Origin: Lachnospiraceae bacterium
Lineage (GTDB): Bacteria > Bacillota > Clostridia > Lachnospirales > Lachnospiraceae
Assembly: GCA_017460485.1 (NCBI GenBank)
Contig: JAFUAW010000037.1
Coordinates: 5,195 to 69,194 of the forward strand
Direction: 5' to 3'
Length of the DNA: 64,000 nt
The notes beneath the pieces are model-generated. The model ran no database searches and was not told where the DNA came from. It saw only the letters and a list, made by a program, of their open reading frames with translations. Positions 18,933 to 26,909 of the stretch are shown here, piece by piece. The position numbers and the translations under genes were made by a program. Each line of letters starts with the position of its first letter. The first letter of the stretch is position 1.

Positions 18933-19910
18933 CTATAAATCTAAACAGTATATCCCCAAGACAGTCTCTGGACAGATTGTCACAAAAACACTCCCCCATG
19001 AGAGGCCTACTCCAAATCCGCTCATAAACAAACTAAGCTTGTCTTTTTTCTGCAGCAACTCCCGATTATGGCACAAAGTCAGTGGGATGGAAGATCCTAT
19101 TGTATTACCGTATTCTTCAATCGAATACAATAGCTTTTCTTTTGGAACATCGCAGATCTCCGCAAGATTATCGATGATCATCTTTTGACCTTGATGAAAG
19201 ACATAATAATCAATATCTGATTCGGATATTCCAAATAATTCTCTTGCCTTGATAATACTTTGGGATACTTCATATAATGTAAATGCAAATACCGCATTAC
19301 CATTCATAATAGTTGACTGTCCATATTGCTTATGAATGACATCATACCGTGTTCCATCAGACTCCTGCATATAATACAGCTCATGTGCTTCTTCCACTTC
19401 CACAGCGATTGCACATCCGGCATCGCCAAATAGTATTTGATCTTCAATTTTTCTCTCTTCTCCATATCTTCCGTCAGCTATAAGAAGCAATCCTTTTCCC
19501 CCGGAATTGTGAAGAATTCCTGCAATGATCTGCATTCCGGCAACAAATCCCGAACATCCCAGATTAACATCAAACACAATACAATTCTTGCCGATTCCTA
19601 ACTTTTTTTGTATCAAAAATGCAGTTGCCGGCTTTTCCATATCCGGCACCTGAGTAACATAGATCAGTGCTTGAATATCATCCCTTCTCCACATAACATA
19701 TTCCAGTACCTTATCAGCTGCACATATAGCCAAATCCGATGCGTTCTGATGCTCAGACAATTTACGGCGTCGTTCCACGCCAGTCATACGAATATGTTTT
19801 GAAAGTCTTTTTTTACCTAATTCTTTCTCATATCCTTCATTATTGACAATCTGCTCCGGTACAGCAGCAGCGATTGCCTTAATAGCGATATTATTATATC
19901 TTCCCTGCAT
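18933..19910 (-). CDS. 3-oxoacyl-ACP synthase III (FabH-like, KAS III)
   Basis: The Cys-His-Asn triad context is present (NLGCSGF, FHQGQ, YGNTIGSS). The start MQGRYNN at 19910 aligns with paralog MHGRYDN and has a GGGAGA RBS. Confidence 0.8.
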   Translation of the reverse strand: MQGRYNNIAIKAIAAAVPEQIVNNEGYEKELGKKRLSKHIRMTGVERRRKLSEHQNASDLAICAADKVLEYVMWRRDDIQALIYVTQVPDMEKPATAFLIQKKLGIGKNCIVFDVNLGCSGFVAGMQIIAGILHNSGGKGLLLIADGRYGEERKIEDQILFGDAGCAIAVEVEEAHELYYMQESDGTRYDVIHKQYGQSTIMNGNAVFAFTLYEVSQSIIKARELFGISESDIDYYVFHQGQKMIIDNLAEICDVPKEKLLYSIEEYGNTIGSSIPLTLCHNRELLQKKDKLSLFMSGFGVGLSWGSVFVTICPETVLGIYCLDL

Positions 19911-21363
19911 GACCATTCTCCCATAAGCATTCTCTTAACCGATTTCTGTCCAACTTACCCATATAGTTTCTGGGAAGAACATCAACCTTAACTATTCTGC
20001 CCGGACGTTTATACTTTTCTATATGTTCTTTAATAAATAAAGAAAGTGCTTTTCCCTGATTATCCCCGGCATTTTTATATACTACATATAATACCGGAAT
20101 ATCCCCTAATACCTGTCTTTCATCTTTTTCCGCAAGACAGGCACATTCCTGTACCAGACCTGACCCTAGTACAACCTCTTCTATTTCTTGAGGAGATACT
20201 TTTTCTCCTCCTATATTCATAATATCTTGTTCACGTCCCAGAACATATATATATCCCGCTTCATCCATATATCCAAGATCGCCCATAAGTAATTCCGAAC
20301 CGACTATGACTTGACTACTGATATCCGGTCTTTGATAATATCCCGCCATGACCATGTCTCCCGATATCACAAGTCTGCCGACCTGATGGATTGCCAGAGT
20401 CTTTTCCGGACAATCGGGATCTGCTATTCGAACCTTAACACCTTCAACCGGTTTGCCAACTGCCTCACAACGATCCATATTTTCAGACACATTCATATAG
20501 ATTGATCTTGCTGCTTCCGTTGCACCATATGAGTTATAGACTGTAACTTTCGGGAGTATCTCATTCAATAACTTTCGGTAATGCGCATTCAAAGGAGCAG
20601 TACAGAATTCAAGCTTATTAAGTATCCCTAATAATGCCGGAAGATTATCCGCGGTCTGCCGGATCAACAACGGTATTGCCGCCGGGATAAGATATGCCCG
20701 TGTACATCTATTCTGATGAATATTCTTATGAGTCTTTTTCAGAGAGGCAAATCCATCTTGAAGAACAAGCGTAGCACCTATATAGAAAATTGCCCGCATA
20801 GTAGTGAGCCCATAAGCATGATGAAGCGGAACAGGAAGCAAACACACCTCTTCTTTCTGAACATTACCGCCATGAATGACATTTTTAGCCCCGGCGATCA
20901 TATTAGCATGGGTCAACATAACACCTTTGGCTTGTCCGGTCGTTCCAGTTGTATATATGATATCTGCAACACTCTTAGATTCAGGCAATTGAATATCATC
21001 ATGTTCAGCAGTTTCCTCATAATCAGAAGTACCTATTGATTCATTTAACATAATACATGACGGCTGAACATCTTCTATCACATCCGATATCGTTTGAATA
21101 GTTGCCGCTTTATCCACCGGAACCGCAATTGCTCCTATCAGATGAATTGCAAAATAGAAAGCCAAATAATCAATATTAGGGACTGCCGCGAGAATTACTC
21201 TATCTCCAATGACAACTCCCTTATCTTCCAATTCCTCTTTTTTTATGATAATCCGATCCACAAAAGATTTATAACTGATCTGATCATCTCCGATTACTAC
21301 AGCTGTCTTATCCGGATGATTCTGACTATTTTTTATAATTGCTTCAATAATAGATTGTCTCAT
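19894..21363 (-). CDS. Acyl-AMP / acyl-CoA ligase family adenylating enzyme
   Basis: AMP-binding motifs YTTGTTGQAKGV, GYYQRPD, GDLGY...GREQDIMNIGGEKV and PRNYMGKLDR. Confidence 0.8.
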   Translation of the reverse strand: MRQSIIEAIIKNSQNHPDKTAVVIGDDQISYKSFVDRIIIKKEELEDKGVVIGDRVILAAVPNIDYLAFYFAIHLIGAIAVPVDKAATIQTISDVIEDVQPSCIMLNESIGTSDYEETAEHDDIQLPESKSVADIIYTTGTTGQAKGVMLTHANMIAGAKNVIHGGNVQKEEVCLLPVPLHHAYGLTTMRAIFYIGATLVLQDGFASLKKTHKNIHQNRCTRAYLIPAAIPLLIRQTADNLPALLGILNKLEFCTAPLNAHYRKLLNEILPKVTVYNSYGATEAARSIYMNVSENMDRCEAVGKPVEGVKVRIADPDCPEKTLAIHQVGRLVISGDMVMAGYYQRPDISSQVIVGSELLMGDLGYMDEAGYIYVLGREQDIMNIGGEKVSPQEIEEVVLGSGLVQECACLAEKDERQVLGDIPVLYVVYKNAGDNQGKALSLFIKEHIEKYKRPGRIVKVDVLPRNYMGKLDRNRLRECLWENGHAGKI

Positions 21364-21368
21364 AATCT

Positions 21369-21599
21369 TTATGCCAGCTTATCTGCTACTATTCTTTTTA
21401 TATCGCCAATAGTATCCATATTAATGACTTCATCATAGACAAATTTGATGCTGAATTCCTTTTCCAACTGAAGAATCAAAGACATAGTAATTAACGAATC
21501 CCAATCCGTTACATTTTCAGGGCTCATATCATCCGTAACTTCTTCCGTTGTATCCCATTCCATTAACTCCCTGAATATCATCTCAATTTTTTCTTTCAT
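21369..21599 (-). CDS. Acyl carrier protein
   Basis: A 76-aa acidic protein with the phosphopantetheine-site context DWDSLITMSLI. Confidence 0.75.
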   Translation of the reverse strand: MKEKIEMIFRELMEWDTTEEVTDDMSPENVTDWDSLITMSLILQLEKEFSIKFVYDEVINMDTIGDIKRIVADKLA

Positions 21600-21618
21600 A
21601 ACATTCCCTCATCAATAA

Positions 21619-22350
21619 CTATTTTTTTTTACGCCCACCGGAAACAGGTATCAAAGCACCGGTAACAGAAGATGATTCTTCAGATATTAGATATCCTGCC
21701 AATGCTGCTATTTCCTGCGGCTTTATAATTCCTAACGGTTGTTTTTTTTCCAATTCTCCGATTATCTCATTACGATATTCCGGTATGATCGTCATCTCCG
21801 TATCAACATATGCCGGCATAACTGCATTTACTCGAATCTTGCGTTTCAAGAATTCCTTGGACATTGTTATGACAGCTGCATTCATCGCTGCCTTTGACAT
21901 CGAATATGCGCACATACCTTCTGTACAATCGAGTGCTGACATAGATGAGATTGCTACAATACTTGCACCATCCTTAGAGTATTTTTTTCTGGAAAAATGC
22001 TTGGCACATTCCACAAATCCGAATGCATTTGTTGCCATTGTCAGATTCAGATTCTCTCTGTCTATAATTTGAACTCCCTCCGAAACAGAAATTCCTGCGC
22101 AATATATCATTGCATCGTATTTGACCGCATGCTGTTCAGACCACTGAAATATAGTCTCTATCTGTTCTGATTCCATTAAGTCTGCAACAATATAATCTGC
22201 ATTTTCTCCCAAAGATGCAACTAACGATCTTAATCTCTTTTCATTTCTGGCAACTGCCACTATTCCGTATCCTTTATGATACAAGTATTCAACTATACTT
22301 TTTCCAATGCCTTGCGAAGCTCCCAGTACCAGACATGTTTTTTCTCTCAT
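21619..22350 (-). CDS. SDR family oxidoreductase (3-oxoacyl-ACP reductase-like)
   Basis: LVLGASQGIGKS (TGxxxGIG-type) and YSMSKAA (YxxxK). The ATG at 22350 has a GGGAGG RBS. Confidence 0.8.
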   Translation of the reverse strand: MREKTCLVLGASQGIGKSIVEYLYHKGYGIVAVARNEKRLRSLVASLGENADYIVADLMESEQIETIFQWSEQHAVKYDAMIYCAGISVSEGVQIIDRENLNLTMATNAFGFVECAKHFSRKKYSKDGASIVAISSMSALDCTEGMCAYSMSKAAMNAAVITMSKEFLKRKIRVNAVMPAYVDTEMTIIPEYRNEIIGELEKKQPLGIIKPQEIAALAGYLISEESSSVTGALIPVSGGRKKK

Positions 22351-22382
22351 ATCATGCCTCCCATGACACATCTTATCATCAC

Positions 22383-23411
22383 TTATATCTTATCTTCATC
22401 ATAATGATCACCCGTTTCCATTACAGGAAAAATATCACAAGTATCAATCGTTGTGTATATATATCCCCATGATAAACCAACGCCAAACCCGCTTATGAAA
22501 AATCGGCATGTATCTTTTGGTTGAAGCAGGTCCCTATTCACACATAGATTTAACAGTACTGAAGATCCTGATGTATTACCATACTCTTCAATCGAACGAA
22601 GTTCTTTTTCCGGTGGTATATTACACAGATCCACAATATTGTCCAGAATTAAGCCCTGTGCCTGATGAAAGGAGTAATAATCAATCATATCCTCCTGTAT
22701 GTTATACAGATTCTTAAATTGCTGAATCCCTTCTGTTACATCATTAATTGCGAATCTGAACACTTCCGGTCCATCCATAGAAGCCGGATTCCCCACGTAC
22801 TTGATAATTGCCTGAAACCCATTTCCGTCAGACATATTCATAAAATACAGATCATTATGTTCAACCTTTTCTAATAATATGGCCGTTGCCGCAGAACCAA
22901 AGAGCATATTATGGGTAATCATATCCTCTGTATAATTCTTCTCCGGATCAATTGCGCGTCCGGACGAATCTGACATAAGAAGCAGAGCCTGTGTATGGAC
23001 GTCACATGCCTGTAACAAAGCAGATACCGTCTGTACACCCACATTAAAGCTGGAACATCCAAGGTTCATATCATAGACAAGACAGTCCTTATCAAGACCT
23101 AATCTTTTATGTAGAAAGAACGCCGTAGATGGAAGCTGATAATTCGGAGCTTGTGTTATTAATATGCAGATTTTCACTTTATGAATATCTACACGTTTAT
23201 TCTCTATCAAATTAACCGCTGCAGCATATGCCAGGTCAGATGCTCGCTGTTCCTTTTTAACTACATGCCGCCTTTTAACACCGGTTAATTTAATCTGTTT
23301 TTTCACTCTTCTTGGATCCATTAAATCTGCATATTCCATATTGTCCTCTACCGTTGACGGAACAGCCGCAGTAATCCCCTGAATCTTTATGTTATCATAT
23401 CTTCCATGCAT
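22383..23411 (-). CDS. 3-oxoacyl-ACP synthase III-like (second copy in the left operon)
   Basis: NLGCSSF, FHQAQ and YGNTSGSS give an intact Cys-His-Asn context. Confidence 0.8.
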   Translation of the reverse strand: MHGRYDNIKIQGITAAVPSTVEDNMEYADLMDPRRVKKQIKLTGVKRRHVVKKEQRASDLAYAAAVNLIENKRVDIHKVKICILITQAPNYQLPSTAFFLHKRLGLDKDCLVYDMNLGCSSFNVGVQTVSALLQACDVHTQALLLMSDSSGRAIDPEKNYTEDMITHNMLFGSAATAILLEKVEHNDLYFMNMSDGNGFQAIIKYVGNPASMDGPEVFRFAINDVTEGIQQFKNLYNIQEDMIDYYSFHQAQGLILDNIVDLCNIPPEKELRSIEEYGNTSGSSVLLNLCVNRDLLQPKDTCRFFISGFGVGLSWGYIYTTIDTCDIFPVMETGDHYDEDKI

Positions 23412-23425
23412 AGAATTGCCATCTC

Positions 23426-23647
23426 CTATCTTAGAAAGTCAATCACATCCTGCACTGTCACAAAACTTGACAAGTCATTCCCCGTCAACATACGATTAAC
23501 CTTCTTTTTCACAATTGCCATCAAAGATAAACGGCTCAGAGAATCCCATTCCTCCAATTCTTCCAGGACCGTATCATTCGATATGGTACCCTCATCCAAA
23601 TCCATGGCATCCTCCAACCATTCAATTATTGTCTTTTCATCCATCTT
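23426..23647 (-). CDS. Acyl carrier protein (second copy in the left operon)
   Basis: MDEKTIIEWLEDAM...EEWDSLSRLSLMAIV. The ATG at 23647 sits 7 nt after a GGAGGA RBS. The longer track ORF (to 23752) overlaps the upstream SDR gene. Confidence 0.7.
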   Translation of the reverse strand, partial: KMDEKTIIEWLEDAMDLDEGTISNDTVLEELEEWDSLSRLSLMAIVKKKVNRMLTGNDLSSFVTVQDVIDFLR

Positions 23648-23648
23648 A

Positions 23649-24410
23649 TCATCCTCCATTCTTAATATGCCGTACATCACCAAGCATGCCACTTGACATC
23701 GGTATATGCGCTCCGGTGATATATTTCGCCTTATCTGAAAGTAAATATTCAATCAAATAAGCAACGTACTCCGGTTCAATCATTCCCATAGCATTTTCAT
23801 GTTCTATCTTCATCTCTTGGAGCATTGGCGTATTCACATAGGCAGGCATGATTGAGTTCACCCGAATTTCTCTGCGAACAAATTCCTTTGCCATTATCGT
23901 AGTATACGTATTGATCAAGGTCTTCGCTCCGGTATAAGCTGCCATTCCTCTTTTCTGGATTATTACTGACATGGAGGACATTCCCACTATACTTGCACCT
24001 CTGTTGGAATATTCTTTCCTTGCCATATATTTCCCTAGCATCAAATACGAGTTAGCGTGTACATCAATCATATCTTCCAGTATATCCGGCTCCATCTCTT
24101 TTACCGGAAGATTATTTGAATATCCTGCGCAATGCACCAGTCCGTCCAACATAAGATTACATTCCTTGCAATATATAAAGATATCTTCTATCCGATCCAG
24201 ATTCTTAAAATCGTAAATATAATATCTGGCATTCTCCCCCAATTCATTTACCAGCTTCTTTAATCTTTCTTCATTTCTTGCCACCAGAATTACATTATAG
24301 TGTTGTTCCGTCAAATATCTGGCTGCAGCTTCGCCAATTCCCGATGATGCACCTGTTATCAATACATTCTTACTCATATCCATATTCTTCCTTTGCCTTT
24401 TATCTATCAT
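23649..24410 (-). CDS. SDR family oxidoreductase
   Basis: VLITGASSGIGEAAA and YTGAKT (YxxxK). An ATGA overlap links it to the upstream gene. Confidence 0.8.
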   Translation of the reverse strand: MIDKRQRKNMDMSKNVLITGASSGIGEAAARYLTEQHYNVILVARNEERLKKLVNELGENARYYIYDFKNLDRIEDIFIYCKECNLMLDGLVHCAGYSNNLPVKEMEPDILEDMIDVHANSYLMLGKYMARKEYSNRGASIVGMSSMSVIIQKRGMAAYTGAKTLINTYTTIMAKEFVRREIRVNSIMPAYVNTPMLQEMKIEHENAMGMIEPEYVAYLIEYLLSDKAKYITGAHIPMSSGMLGDVRHIKNGG

Positions 24411-25408
24411 TTAATATAATTAGGACGATCTTGATCACTCATGCCGCGATATATATGAGCGGAAGATTTATGAAAACTATGGAAGTCCAAATCTACATTC
24501 TTCAGTTCATATGGTTCAAAATAATTCGGAATAATATTAGTATCATCCCTTTTTCTTAAGGTAAAGCCGGCTTTGCTCATAATCTCTCCAGATATACCAT
24601 GACAATAGATATCTGTATATTCGCAATTATGATCTTCCATAAAACGATCTATTGCTGTCCCAAATCCGCATAATGCCTGATCATCACCCAAATAATCCAC
24701 AATTCGAAAAACAATATGTCCATTAACAGCAATAAACCTGCCGATAACAGCCCCTTTATACTGTTCATTTCCTATTCGAAGCACTTCATATTGATAATAT
24801 GGATGTTCCTCATATCTGTGTTTGAGATATTCTTCACTCTCATACGGAACACGGTTCTGAAGAGAATCCCTATCCAACCATTCAAATATTTCATGAATAC
24901 AAGAAGATGTAATATAAGAACCTTGTTCGTTTGCAGGTATTATTATTTTATTTTCGATTTTTGCTACATAATATTTGTCCAGGTCTCTTAATCGATAGTA
25001 CTGCTGCAATTCGCCCATACAGTCTGGTGTCAGAATCTGCAATGCTTTTGCATAACGTTTTTCAAATCCAATACCAATAACATCCTGTACTCCCGGCATA
25101 TTTTCACAGTAATTGTCCAGTTCAAAGCTTAAATTGGAGAATTCACGATTCTTCTTAGTACATACCATTACAGTCGATATATATCTATTGGAAAGGTCAT
25201 AAGACATCGGGATATAACCAACGCTGCCATAGATTTGACCATCTTCTATATCCTCACCAAGGATATAGAAGACTTCTCCATTCCGTACGTGCTGCCACTC
25301 AAATAACTTACGGTCTCGTGCCAGAATATGATCCTTTTTCCAATAGATATCGATGAATTCCATAATCCTGGGAATATCTTCATATACTGCTCTTCGAATT
25401 GTAATCAT
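24407..25408 (-). CDS. GNAT-like N-acyltransferase-type two-domain protein (first gene of the left operon; paralog of 26989..27999)
   Basis: The N-terminus MITIRRAVYEDIPRIMEFIDIYWKKDHILA is GNAT-like. The protein is colinear with 26989..27999 down to the C-terminal DQDRP motif. The exact family was not recognised. Confidence 0.5.
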   Translation of the reverse strand: MITIRRAVYEDIPRIMEFIDIYWKKDHILARDRKLFEWQHVRNGEVFYILGEDIEDGQIYGSVGYIPMSYDLSNRYISTVMVCTKKNREFSNLSFELDNYCENMPGVQDVIGIGFEKRYAKALQILTPDCMGELQQYYRLRDLDKYYVAKIENKIIIPANEQGSYITSSCIHEIFEWLDRDSLQNRVPYESEEYLKHRYEEHPYYQYEVLRIGNEQYKGAVIGRFIAVNGHIVFRIVDYLGDDQALCGFGTAIDRFMEDHNCEYTDIYCHGISGEIMSKAGFTLRKRDDTNIIPNYFEPYELKNVDLDFHSFHKSSAHIYRGMSDQDRPNYIK

Positions 25409-25435
25409 ATATCCGCCTCAATTTCAGCTTTATAC

Positions 25436-25467
25436 AAAAAAAGCAGAAGAAATCTCTATCCTGCTTT
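25436..25467 (-). terminator. Terminator/attenuator-like hairpin in the left-operon leader
   Basis: On the minus strand, AAAGCAGGA-loop-TTCTGCTTT (9 bp including one G-U pair) is followed by a T7 run. It lies between IR-L and the start codon at 25408. The stem is weak. Confidence 0.3.
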
Positions 25468-25472
25468 AAAAA

Positions 25473-25498
25473 GAATCGCGCCTGTCCAAGGCGGACTT
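25473..25498. repeat. IR-L: left copy of the perfect 26-bp inverted repeat GAATCGCGCCTGTCCAAGGCGGACTT
   Basis: It is the exact reverse complement of 26908..26933. Identity ends abruptly on both sides. Confidence 0.9.
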
Positions 25499-25519
25499 TA
25501 AAAAATGATAAACAAAAAT

Positions 25520-25537
25520 AGTTATATCCATATAACT
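25520..25537. repeat. 18-bp palindrome AGTTATAT-CC-ATATAACT inside the switch
   Basis: A perfect 8-bp dyad with a 2-bp centre, about 22 nt inside IR-L and downstream of the outward promoters. Confidence 0.6.
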
Positions 25538-25614
25538 GAATACAACTTTCCCGAAAACTATTTTTGTCTACATCCCTGCACCATTTTGTCGTCCTCCTTG
25601 ACTAACTACATAAT

Positions 25615-25641
25615 ATATCGGCATTCCTTTTAAAATACTTA
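25615..25641 (-). promoter_or_regulatory. Sigma-28 (SigD/FliA)-type promoter TAAG-N15-GCCGATAT facing the left operon
   Basis: The -10 element matches the Bacillus SigD consensus GCCGATAT at 8 of 8 positions. The -35 is TAAG, as at the fliC and flaG promoters in this window. Confidence 0.6.
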
Positions 25642-25654
25642 ATCTAATAAAAAA

Positions 25655-25684
25655 AGAATAGCACATAAAATAAGTGTATGTCAA
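25655..25684 (-). promoter_or_regulatory. Sigma-A-like promoter TTGACA-N18-(TGC)TATTCT facing the left operon
   Basis: A consensus -35, an 18-nt spacer and a TG extended -10 with a 4-of-6 hexamer. It lies immediately upstream of the sigma-28 motif. Confidence 0.4.
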
Positions 25685-25817
25685 TGAATTGAACATATTG
25701 TTAAAGGCAAACGTGCACAATAAACGCTGATTCTATTTCCTTTTCGGAAATTGAAGTGTTAAATATAGTATTTGGTTCACAGCAGCCATAATACAATAGA
25801 AGAAAAGAGGAATAATC

Positions 25818-26909
25818 ATGAATAATCAATCAACTAATCTATCTATCCAACTTCAATTTTTGAAAGACCCGACATGCATGACGTTGTCAGATTATGCCGA
25901 GCAATGGCTTACCATTTATGCCGCCAAACATTTGGAGCGAACGTCCTATATCCGATATGAACAGGTTATCCATTATAATATTCTTCCATATCTGGGGGAC
26001 ATGTCGATCTCAGAGATTAAGCCTTATCACTTGGAATGCTTTTTTTCAACACTTTCCGAACAGGACCTCAGATATGACGGTCATACCGGCGGATATTCTC
26101 ACGGTACGCTATGTAAAATAAAGACTGTTTTATCATCTATGTTTTCAACAGCAGTACAATGGGAATTGATAGAGCATAATCCCTGCAGTAAAATCAAGCT
26201 TCCAAAACGCACAGACATTAAATCTATTAAGTGCTATACAGCAGAACAAATGAAAAGCTTTATCGAATTTCTGTATGATATATATTCCTGCTCGAATGCC
26301 ATGCAATATCAATATTTGGTACTTTATTTGATTGCAATTTACGGCGGCCTCAGAAGAGGCGAATTACTGGGACTGACATGGGAAAAAGTAGATTATACAA
26401 CCGGTACCATCTATATTAATCAGACAATCAATCGAGTGGATGGAAGTTATCTGATCAAATCTCCCAAAACAAAAAGTTCCGTTCGAATAGTAACTTTGCC
26501 TCTTTCTGTTATGAATATTCTTCGCATATATCAGATAAAGCAGGATAATTATCGAATTCAAATGGCAGATGGCTGGCAGGGAAACAATTGGTTATTTATT
26601 CAGAAAAACGGCACTAATATGAGCATCGGAACTCCCTATGCTAAATTCCGTCAATTGATCAAATTATATAATCAGCAAACCAACGCTACTATATATCTTC
26701 CAGAGCTCGGACTACATAGTTTAAGACATACAAACGCATCTCTGCTTATAAGTTCCAATCTCGTTGATGCCCAGACTGTCGCACACAAGTTAGGGCATTC
26801 AAATGTAACAACTACTATGAAATATTACATTCATGCGTATGAGGAAAACGAGAGGAAGACAGCTGCGGTGTTGGAAGAAGTATTACATTTGCCGGGGAGT
26901 AATATATAA
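25818..26909 (+). CDS. Tyrosine site-specific recombinase (phage-integrase family)
   Basis: An N-terminal SAM-like core-binding domain and a catalytic domain with all signature residues in context: GGLRRGE (Arg), HSLRHT (His-x-x-Arg), LGHSN (His) and MKYYIH (Tyr). Confidence 0.85.
   Translation: MNNQSTNLSIQLQFLKDPTCMTLSDYAEQWLTIYAAKHLERTSYIRYEQVIHYNILPYLGDMSISEIKPYHLECFFSTLSEQDLRYDGHTGGYSHGTLCKIKTVLSSMFSTAVQWELIEHNPCSKIKLPKRTDIKSIKCYTAEQMKSFIEFLYDIYSCSNAMQYQYLVLYLIAIYGGLRRGELLGLTWEKVDYTTGTIYINQTINRVDGSYLIKSPKTKSSVRIVTLPLSVMNILRIYQIKQDNYRIQMADGWQGNNWLFIQKNGTNMSIGTPYAKFRQLIKLYNQQTNATIYLPELGLHSLRHTNASLLISSNLVDAQTVAHKLGHSNVTTTMKYYIHAYEENERKTAAVLEEVLHLPGSNI

Noticed and set aside
21622-21630. A T9 run (A9 on the coding strand) at the 3' end of the SDR gene, and A8/T8 runs at about 16691..16698 and 2601..2608.
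   Set aside because: They encode Lys or Phe runs in an A/T-rich genome. No alternative open frame follows, and nothing suggests regulation.
24355-24425. An apparent one-base inconsistency between my hand-reading of the printed sequence around 24360/24361 and the ORF track (SDR 23649..24410 and the GNAT-like stop at 24407).
   Set aside because: The track proteins are continuous and homologous to their families across this point. Coordinates agree again on both sides. I treat this as my own reading error, not a frameshift, and I used the track coordinates.
25505-25636. A 43-codon plus-strand ORF (MINKNSYIHITEYNF...) inside the switch, considered as a possible excisionase or directionality factor.
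   Set aside because: It has no RBS and no helix-turn-helix-like pattern. It overlaps the outward promoters on the other strand and is probably a chance ORF.
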